This document shows, one piece after another, positions 57,037 to 64,000 of a DNA stretch of 64,000 nt (position 1 is its first letter; the number at the start of each line of letters is the position of its first letter). This DNA is from an uncultured virus (IMG/VR IMGVR_UViG_3300026116_000038) (taxonomy: Duplodnaviria > Heunggongvirae > Uroviricota > Caudoviricetes): IMG/VR virus record IMGVR_UViG_3300026116_000038, one strand, 5' to 3'. Under the pieces are notes generated by a model. The model had not been told where the DNA came from. It made no database searches and worked only from the letters and a program-made list of their open reading frames with translations. A program made the position numbers and the translations under genes.

Positions 57037-58452
57037 ATGCTAACTGATGTACCTGAAATTGATCAAGCAGACCTTCAAAATATTTATAGCTATGCCATTG
57101 ATAGTGGCACCAACGTCTTAATTTTAGGCCCTTCTGGTGGTGGAAAAACTCAAATGTGTTTTTCCGTTATCGCTAAGAAAAAATGCCGGCCGATTTACAT
57201 CAATATGTCAGTACTAGAGCGTGTTGATTTTCAAGGTTTACCTGTTATTTCTGATGATAATAAAACTGTAAATTATGCCTGTCCTGACTTTTTACCTTTC
57301 GTTGATGTTAAAGTTCGAAAGCAAAAAGAAGCCATAAATACAATGATTTCTTGGCTAAATAAACAGCCAAATAAAAATATTGATTCTTTAGATAAATTTG
57401 ATGCAATTAAATTTCTTGAAGGTGAAATTTCTAAAATTGATGCGGAAGAAGAAATCAAGCTTCTAAAGCAATCTGCTAATTCATTACCTAATAACGAAAC
57501 TTTTAATGAATTAAAGGGTAGAATTAACGGATTAGATCAATCAGTTAATGAGGAAACTCCTATTGTCATTATGTTTGATGAAGTTGATAAGGGTATGACT
57601 GAAGTTTTAAATACCCTGTTAGAATTTTTGCAATTTGGATCAATTAATGGTCGTAAATTAAATATTCGTACTTGCATTATGACAGCTAACATGCCTGACG
57701 AATTTGCGCATTCAAATCAAATTTCTCATGCTATTACTAAGCGCGGGTTAACTTTTCAACTAAAGTTAAATTTTGAACAATGGGTTTCTTGGGCTGTCAA
57801 TAATGGTATTAGTCCATTGATTACCGGCTTCTTACGTCAAAATAATTCTTATCTATACAAGACGGCTAATGGTGATGATACAGCTTATGCTTTACCATCT
57901 CCTAGAACTTGGGAAATTGCTAATAAAGTTATTAAATTCTTCGAAAAGGAAAAAGAAGAAAATATTAATGAAGAATTGCGTTTGAAATTAGTTTCAGGGG
58001 CTGTTGGTTCTACTGCTGCAATTCATTTTAATAATTGGTATAAGCATTATCATCAACTTGATCCATTTATTAATGATTTAATGGAAAAGGGTGTTTATCC
58101 AACTAAAACCAAACCAGATATGGCTACTGAAGATATTTTTATCTGCGCTTTGTCTGCTTGTTCTAAAGTTGAATCTGTACTTAAGCCTGATAATCGTCCA
58201 CAAATTGAAAAATATGTAAAAAATGCTTTTAATTGGTTAGCTACGTTACCGCCTGATGTTCAAGTTGGATCTATTCGTATGGTTTTTGGTGGTAATTTTA
58301 ATGCTTCTAAAGGTCTTGAAGGTGTAATTCAAAAGTATAAGTTATCTGAAATACCTGAATTTACCAATGTGTTTATTGATATTGATAAGAATTTTAGGAA
58401 ATGGGAGAAATTAAATGCTGAACGATCCGCAGAACTTAGTAAGTCAAAGTGA
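57037..58452 (+). CDS. MoxR-like AAA+ ATPase
   Basis: GPSGGGKT, MFDEVDK, TAN, PSPRTWE. Confidence 0.85.
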   Translation: MLTDVPEIDQADLQNIYSYAIDSGTNVLILGPSGGGKTQMCFSVIAKKKCRPIYINMSVLERVDFQGLPVISDDNKTVNYACPDFLPFVDVKVRKQKEAINTMISWLNKQPNKNIDSLDKFDAIKFLEGEISKIDAEEEIKLLKQSANSLPNNETFNELKGRINGLDQSVNEETPIVIMFDEVDKGMTEVLNTLLEFLQFGSINGRKLNIRTCIMTANMPDEFAHSNQISHAITKRGLTFQLKLNFEQWVSWAVNNGISPLITGFLRQNNSYLYKTANGDDTAYALPSPRTWEIANKVIKFFEKEKEENINEELRLKLVSGAVGSTAAIHFNNWYKHYHQLDPFINDLMEKGVYPTKTKPDMATEDIFICALSACSKVESVLKPDNRPQIEKYVKNAFNWLATLPPDVQVGSIRMVFGGNFNASKGLEGVIQKYKLSEIPEFTNVFIDIDKNFRKWEKLNAERSAELSKSK

Positions 58453-59869
58453 TTTTGATCGTTTAAACGAAAAAATCTCTGCAGCTAAAAGCATAATGGC
58501 CCGAAGTGTTGATCACGGAGGTATGCCATTTGTTTACTCCTTTATTGCTACTAAAAAGCATTATCTAGACGATTTTACTAAAATTGGTAGAGGTAAAAAA
58601 TCTCAATCAGAAGATGGTAAAACCGATGGAGCTGGTTTAGAAAAAGTTGAAGGTACTGCTGCAACTAATGGTAAGAAATATTTCTGGTATCCTGCGTTTT
58701 TAGAAAAATTATCAATTAATGAATTAAAGATAATTTTTTGTCATGAAACGTATCACATTATGATGCAGCATTGTAATCCATTGAGATCTTTTGGAAAGAA
58801 TCATGGAATTTGGAATTTAGCTGTTGATTATGTAGTTAATGCATCTATTGAACATGATTTCAGATGCAATAATGGAGACAGAAATAATTTCACAGCTAAT
58901 TGTGAAGCTGCTTACAAAAATAAAACAGAACATCCTATTTGGAATGGTAATCTTCATAAACCATATGTATTAGCTGATTTAATTGCTGATATTTTATCTT
59001 ATAAAGGTTTATCAGAAGAAGAAAAAAATAAAAAACTAGAAGCGGAAAAGAAGAGTAATAATAAATGTACTTTTGTTGATTTTACTCTTTATAAACGTTC
59101 TCCAGAATCTATTTATGAAGAAATAATGAATGCATATAAATCATCAGGTTTATCTGATGGTGATTTAAATGATTTAATGGATTCATATCTAACAAATGAT
59201 TCTCATTTAGATTCTGATTTAGATAAAAAGGCAATTTTTGAAGAGTTGTTAAGTGCAGCTACCGCCTCTAGGAAAATGTATGGTACTATTCCTGGTTGTC
59301 TTGAGGATACTTTAAATGAATTAGAAAATCCTAAACTTAAGTGGGAAGATATTTGTAGACAAAGTTTACAATATACCCGTCAAGAGTTTGGGGGTAGAAA
59401 CGATTGGTGTCGATTTAGAAGGAAGTCTATACCTTTAGGTTTATATATTCCTAAGAAAAAAGATCAATTTATTCGATGGTTATGTTTACTGGATACTTCT
59501 GGTAGCATGTCTTTGGATGATATGACTTATGGAGTTTCTCAACTAAAAGTATTAGATAGTAGATCTGAGGGTATTGTTGTACCAGTAGATGCCGAACCCC
59601 ATTGGAATAAAATGGTTAAGATTAAATCAATGTTTGATCTTCCCAAAATCAATTTGGCTGGCCGGGGTGGAACAGTATTTGATGAATTTTTCGACACCTA
59701 TCAAAAACGAATCAAAGAACGAATTGATTTAATTATTGTAATTACTGATGGAGGTTTTCATTTAAATTGTAAAACTCCACCTGTAGATACAGTATTTGTA
59801 ATTACTAACCAACATATGCCAGAAGTTCCATTTGGAAGAGTTGCACCATTAAGGTCAATTAATACTTAA
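58415..59869 (+). CDS. DUF2201-type metallopeptidase plus vWA domain protein
   Basis: TAATNG, HETYH, WNLAVDYVVN; LDTSGSM, GRGGT.F, ITDG. Confidence 0.85.
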   Translation: MLNDPQNLVSQSDFDRLNEKISAAKSIMARSVDHGGMPFVYSFIATKKHYLDDFTKIGRGKKSQSEDGKTDGAGLEKVEGTAATNGKKYFWYPAFLEKLSINELKIIFCHETYHIMMQHCNPLRSFGKNHGIWNLAVDYVVNASIEHDFRCNNGDRNNFTANCEAAYKNKTEHPIWNGNLHKPYVLADLIADILSYKGLSEEEKNKKLEAEKKSNNKCTFVDFTLYKRSPESIYEEIMNAYKSSGLSDGDLNDLMDSYLTNDSHLDSDLDKKAIFEELLSAATASRKMYGTIPGCLEDTLNELENPKLKWEDICRQSLQYTRQEFGGRNDWCRFRRKSIPLGLYIPKKKDQFIRWLCLLDTSGSMSLDDMTYGVSQLKVLDSRSEGIVVPVDAEPHWNKMVKIKSMFDLPKINLAGRGGTVFDEFFDTYQKRIKERIDLIIVITDGGFHLNCKTPPVDTVFVITNQHMPEVPFGRVAPLRSINT

Positions 59870-59880
59870 TTGAATTTCAT

Positions 59881-60651
59881 ATGATTATTTGTCATGGTTC
59901 TGATTGGCATGGTTGTCAATATAAAATTCCGTTAGATATATCAGGTAAAAACTATGAAGTTGTTACTCTATTTCCAAAAATAGATAAAGATTTTGATGTT
60001 TTTGTAATGACTGGAGATTTTCTTCCTAATAAAATTTGGGGAGCCAATCGAAATAAACATAAACTTGAAAAAGAAAAACATTTTCAAGCTGATTGGCTTC
60101 GTAAACAAGCTAAATCATTACAAGAATGTATTAAAAATAAACCTTTTCTATTTTGTGGCGGTAATCATGACTTTATTAATCCTTGCCGTATTCTTCAAGA
60201 ATGTGGAATAAATGCGATTGATTTAACTGATAAAGTTGTAGATTTTATGGGTTTTACCTGGTATGGATTTCCTTATATTCCTGTTATGGAATATAATTGG
60301 AATTATGAAAAAAATTTAGAACAAATGCAATATGAAGGATCTATGATGATTAATAGATTAAAAGATTCTAATAAATTAGATTCTTTAGATATTATTGCTG
60401 CTCATTGTCCTTTGCATGGAATTTTAGATAAAGCTTCTAATGAAAATATTGGAAATTCAGTAATGAATTCTCTGGTATCATATAAATTACCAAGGCTTCC
60501 AAAATTGTATTTGTGCGGTCATAATCATGAAGATGGTGGTAAATTCACTTATTTAAATGGTTTAGATCGAACAACTGAAAGTATGTTCATTTCTAACGCT
60601 GCTACTACATACCGCATAATTGATCTTGACAATATGCCTGCATGTGCTTAA
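59881..60651 (+). CDS. calcineurin-like metallophosphoesterase
   Basis: SDWHG, TGD, GNHD, HCP, GHNHE. Confidence 0.88.
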   Translation: MIICHGSDWHGCQYKIPLDISGKNYEVVTLFPKIDKDFDVFVMTGDFLPNKIWGANRNKHKLEKEKHFQADWLRKQAKSLQECIKNKPFLFCGGNHDFINPCRILQECGINAIDLTDKVVDFMGFTWYGFPYIPVMEYNWNYEKNLEQMQYEGSMMINRLKDSNKLDSLDIIAAHCPLHGILDKASNENIGNSVMNSLVSYKLPRLPKLYLCGHNHEDGGKFTYLNGLDRTTESMFISNAATTYRIIDLDNMPACA

Positions 60652-60721
60652 ATTTATTACTGTATGAATAAGTTAAATAGTATAACTTATAGTTTACGAA
60701 TATAAACAGGTATAAATAAAA

Positions 60722-61186
60722 ATGCAACGTGCACGAATTAATATGTATCCGAAAGAAGATGATGATAAAGAAATTTATTATTTAGGAAAATTAAAAAGTC
60801 CAATTACCATAAATTTCAAAAATGGTGTGGCTTTTATGTTATATCCTGATGATGAATTTCCAGAACTTCATTTTTGTCCAATTGATCACCCCGATATTTC
60901 AGATGTTTTTCAATATTATGGTGTTCGCAGGTCTAATCCAAATAGAACTAAACATGGAAATTTACCTATAGAACTAAGTCTTAGGTATGAAAAAGATCCT
61001 AAGCCTGGAAATAAACCAAAAAGATTTTATATTGGCAGAATTCAATTTGATGGATACTTGGACTGTTCTAATGGCGTTGTATTTTTAGCTTTCATTTCTG
61101 ATGAAGGTGAAGAAGAATTACAAATAGCCGTAGTAGATCCAGAAAAAAATTACGTTAAAAAAGCACAACGGGTAGAAAGAAAATAA
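60722..61186 (+). CDS. hypothetical protein with internal duplication
   Basis: YLGKL...F.NGVAF / YIGRI...SNGVVF. Confidence 0.6.
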   Translation: MQRARINMYPKEDDDKEIYYLGKLKSPITINFKNGVAFMLYPDDEFPELHFCPIDHPDISDVFQYYGVRRSNPNRTKHGNLPIELSLRYEKDPKPGNKPKRFYIGRIQFDGYLDCSNGVVFLAFISDEGEEELQIAVVDPEKNYVKKAQRVERK

Positions 61187-61187
61187 A

Positions 61188-61775
61188 ATGTCATTAAATA
61201 AAATAAAAAATGAGAATTCTAAAATGAAATTAACTAATCAGAGATCTGGTAAAGAAACTGAAGTGAATTCAAATATTCGTATTTCGTATTTTACAGTTCA
61301 TACGAATAAAGGTATTGGATATGTTTGTGTTGCTTTATTAAGACCAGAAAAAGGCTCTACTAGTAATTCTTATCGGGCGGCTTTTTCTTCGTATTCTCCG
61401 TTAGATAACAAATCTTTTTCTAAAGTAAATGCCCGAAATGCTGCTATTGGTCGATTACTTTGTTGGCGAACTGATCGAAAAGATGTAACTGGAAAACAAT
61501 GTGAAACAAATCCGCGTTTAGAGTTCAATTACGTGGATTATGATATTCAGACAGAGAAGAAATTGAACTTGAAGGATGTTTTCGTTCAAGCTTTAAATTT
61601 AGCTATGCACAACCGTAATGTTCCTAGTTGGGTTGAGCGATCTTCATTTATCGCATATGGGTTAGACCCGGTTATGGTGACTTCTATTGATGCGCCAAGT
61701 CCTGTTGTTTTTACGCGAGAATCACGAAATAAGTTAAAAAAACAACTTAACGGTCTTGACAATAAAGCAGTTTAA
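61188..61775 (+). CDS. hypothetical phage protein
   Basis: SPLD..FSK..AR..AIGRL motif. Confidence 0.6.
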   Translation: MSLNKIKNENSKMKLTNQRSGKETEVNSNIRISYFTVHTNKGIGYVCVALLRPEKGSTSNSYRAAFSSYSPLDNKSFSKVNARNAAIGRLLCWRTDRKDVTGKQCETNPRLEFNYVDYDIQTEKKLNLKDVFVQALNLAMHNRNVPSWVERSSFIAYGLDPVMVTSIDAPSPVVFTRESRNKLKKQLNGLDNKAV

Positions 61776-61827
61776 ATCCATTATGAGTAGTAACAGGGCA
61801 AAAACCCAAGTAAAGGAAAAAATTAAA

Positions 61828-62328
61828 ATGTCTGAAATTCTAAATAATCAAAATTTGCGAACTGTTCAAAGTCTTTATACAATTTCTCCGGATTTTCGAA
61901 ATCAATTCGATAAGCTGGTAAAGACTGAAATTGCTAAGGCTAAGGATTTCTTGAATAAGTTGTCATTTGATGGCGTTGAAAAACAAGAAGCGCCAGAAGC
62001 TCCTACAAAGAAGCGTGGTCGTCCGGCTGGTTCCAAGAATAAGGCTCCAGCAAAGCCTAAGAAGGAAAAGAAACCTGAAGGGCAAGAACCAGCAAGTGCT
62101 CGTGAAAATGGAGATGTAACGCATAAAGCTGCCATTTTGGCCGCTCTAACTACATCTGCTGATGGGCTTTCAGCTGGACAAATTCTTGAAGCTATTACGG
62201 CGGCAAAGCATAAGCGCTATACTCCGCCAACTAAGGCTACTCTCTATACTACACTAAATGGTATGAAAAATGATGGTGTGGTTAATATGATTGGTGAGCG
62301 GCCGAATACTAAATATGTTGTAGCGTGA
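61828..62328 (+). CDS. nucleoid-associated-like protein: AT-hook plus winged helix
   Basis: KKRGRPAGSKNK; AILAAL....GLSAGQIL...LYTTL..MK..G; AAGGA RBS before ATG 61828; terminator downstream. Confidence 0.65.
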   Translation: MSEILNNQNLRTVQSLYTISPDFRNQFDKLVKTEIAKAKDFLNKLSFDGVEKQEAPEAPTKKRGRPAGSKNKAPAKPKKEKKPEGQEPASARENGDVTHKAAILAALTTSADGLSAGQILEAITAAKHKRYTPPTKATLYTTLNGMKNDGVVNMIGERPNTKYVVA

Positions 62329-62354
62329 TTTTATATACTACAAAAGTATATCTG

Positions 62355-62394
62355 AAAAAAGGCTAGATGATATAAGCTCATCTAGCCTTTTTTT
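62355..62394 (+). terminator. intrinsic terminator
   Basis: AAAAAAGGCTAGATGA...TCATCTAGCCTTTTTTT. Confidence 0.85.
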
Positions 62395-62409
62395 ATTTTA
62401 AGGAATTAA

Positions 62410-62673
62410 ATGAAACATTTTGAAGATTTGTGGGTTGAATCAGAAGAATATACTAAATTATATTATAATGATCCTGTCAATTTAGTTATTGAAAAAGTAA
62501 AAATACAATTAGATAGTTTAATTAATTGTAATGACCAAAATAAAAAAATAGAAATAATTGGAAAAATATTATTAGATATTTCATTTATTTCCCAAAAATT
62601 AAATATTGATGTTTATTCAGCATTAAAAAAAGAAATTGAAGAATTAAAAATTGAATTATTCGATCCGGAATGA
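62410..62673 (+). CDS. MazG-like helical protein
   Basis: IIGKILL.I..IS.KLNIDV..AL pattern. Confidence 0.45.
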   Translation: MKHFEDLWVESEEYTKLYYNDPVNLVIEKVKIQLDSLINCNDQNKKIEIIGKILLDISFISQKLNIDVYSALKKEIEELKIELFDPE

Positions 62674-62907
62674 TTGACATTTTAATTTAAATTACCTATA
62701 TTACTGTAATGATTAAGATTTTAGCATTTTTAATATGCTTTAGTTTTGTTAATTTATCTTTTGCAAATGATAAGGTTAATGAAACATTAGAAAAGAAAAT
62801 AAAACCTAATATAGATAAGGAAATACCATCATCGTTATGTGATTCATCTAAAATAAATTGGAAAATTAAAAATTACCTAAAATGAATAACTATTATAGTA
62901 TATTTAT

Positions 62908-63171
62908 ATGAAAATTTTATTTTATAATATAGTTGAAAATATTACAAAAAGTAAATTAACTCATGTTAAATTACAGTTAATTGATGCTACATTTACAAAA
63001 ATATTAGATAATAATCCTAAATTAAAAATAGGAACTGCTTTAGAAGACAGTTCAGATAATATTTTTAGAGTAACAGGTTATTATGGAGATTATATCGTAC
63101 TTCATTCCGATAAATTAGGTAAACATCCTGTAGGAAAATATTTATTCTGTAAACAAATTATAAATGTTTAA
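62908..63171 (+). CDS. hypothetical protein
   Basis: ORF. Confidence 0.5.
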   Translation: MKILFYNIVENITKSKLTHVKLQLIDATFTKILDNNPKLKIGTALEDSSDNIFRVTGYYGDYIVLHSDKLGKHPVGKYLFCKQIINV

Positions 63172-63496
63172 AATTTTTTCAGAAACAGATAAACTAGGAA
63201 CTATTTATTGGTATATAGAGGGCACTTTCATACTTCATAGAGAAGATGGGCCTGCGGTTGAATGGTATACCGGGGATAAATTTTGGTATTTAAACGGAAA
63301 AACTCATAGAGTAGATGGACCGGCTATAGAATATGCCAATAGAATTAAAGTTTGGTGTCAAAATGACATGCGTCATAGGACAGATGGACCGGCTGTAGAA
63401 TATAGTAATGGAGAAAACCAATATTGGTTATATGGAATATATTACGAATATATTCGAACTAATGAAGAATGGATTATATTTCAGATAATTAATTAA
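63164..63496 (+). CDS. HRxDGPA repeat protein, family A
   Basis: 3 repeats plus tail. Confidence 0.85.
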   Translation: MFKIFSETDKLGTIYWYIEGTFILHREDGPAVEWYTGDKFWYLNGKTHRVDGPAIEYANRIKVWCQNDMRHRTDGPAVEYSNGENQYWLYGIYYEYIRTNEEWIIFQIIN

Positions 63497-63497
63497 T

Positions 63498-63767
63498 ATG
63501 AGTAAAGTATATTCAAAAATTGATTCTAGTGGCAATATATCTTGGTATAGAGAAGGGACAAATTTTCTTCATAGAGAAGATGGACCCGCCATAGAATATT
63601 GGAATGGAGATAAAGAATGGTATCAAAACGGATATCTCTATAGACTAGATGGTTCAGCAGTAGAATATGCTAATAATTTTATGGATAACGAATATTATTT
63701 AAATGGACGATGATATCCAGATATAAAAACGGATGAAGAATTTATTATATTTCAAATAATAAATTAA
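63498..63767 (+). pseudogene. family A member with an in-frame TGA that removes the conserved tail
   Basis: ...YLNGR*YPDIKTDEEFIIFQIIN; TGA at 63711. Confidence 0.75.
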
Positions 63768-63768
63768 A

Positions 63769-64000
63769 ATGCTAAAAGTTTATTCAAAAATAGATGAATA
63801 TGGAACTTTTTTTTGGTATAAAGAAAATACGGATATTCTTCATAGAGATGACGGTCCAGCTGTAGAGATGGGTGATGGATTTAAGTGTTGGCATCAACAT
63901 GGTCATCTTCATAGAGTTGATGGTCCCGCAATAGAATGGCCGGATGGACACAAAGAATATTGGTTAAATGGACAATGGTTTTCAGATATTAAAACTGATG
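63769..64000 (+). CDS. HRxDGPA repeat protein, family A (runs off the window end)
   Basis: MLKVYSKIDEYG...HRDDGPA...HRVDGPA...DIKTD. Confidence 0.8.
   Translation, partial: MLKVYSKIDEYGTFFWYKENTDILHRDDGPAVEMGDGFKCWHQHGHLHRVDGPAIEWPDGHKEYWLNGQWFSDIKTD

Noticed and set aside
30576..63767. Stop-codon reassignment suggested by in-frame TAG/TGA in family A copies
   Set aside because: TAG and TGA both end many normal genes here, long genes are uninterrupted in code 11, no suppressor tRNA was seen, and TGG is one transition from either stop.
260..64000. Diversity-generating retroelement as the source of family A variation
   Set aside because: No reverse transcriptase or template/variable repeat pair in the window, and differences are not restricted to adenines. 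An RT elsewhere in the genome cannot be excluded.

Overview
A very AT-rich, gene-dense segment of a large (jumbo-type) bacteriophage genome. Almost all genes are on the + strand, with many sigma70-type TTGACA-N17-TATAAT promoters. Phage and replication markers include rIIA/rIIB, an ATP-dependent DNA ligase, an intein-containing SF1 helicase, FtsK, HNH and GIY-YIG nucleases and three tRNA genes. Four things stand out. (1) A stand-alone type V CRISPR locus: a 698-aa Cas12m-like (V-M/V-U1) effector with two of three RuvC acidic residues changed to Asn, a perfect leader promoter and a 19-repeat array. The older repeats are heavily degenerate but keep the 3' hairpin by compensatory changes, many spacers are GC-rich, and no cas1/cas2 lies in the window. 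(2) An orphan copy of the CRISPR repeat between tRNA-Ile2(CAT) and the tilS start codon, flanked by a duplication of the tilS 5' end. (3) About 35 mosaic paralogues of a small HRxDGPA (MORN-like, 23-aa) repeat protein in 8 tandem clusters. Nearly all end in the tail TDEEWIIFQIIN, and an unrelated 7-member Zn-finger family shares that tail, which suggests a common C-terminal docking or sorting signal. (4) Accessory translation, transport and counter-defence genes: TilS, a Thg1-like protein, an ArfA-like peptide, a minimal class II aaRS-like protein, an ABC transporter with an OmpA-fused binding protein, a Tad2-like protein, an ADP-ribosylglycohydrolase and a MoxR/vWA pair. All family calls come from motif recognition by eye; no database search was run.
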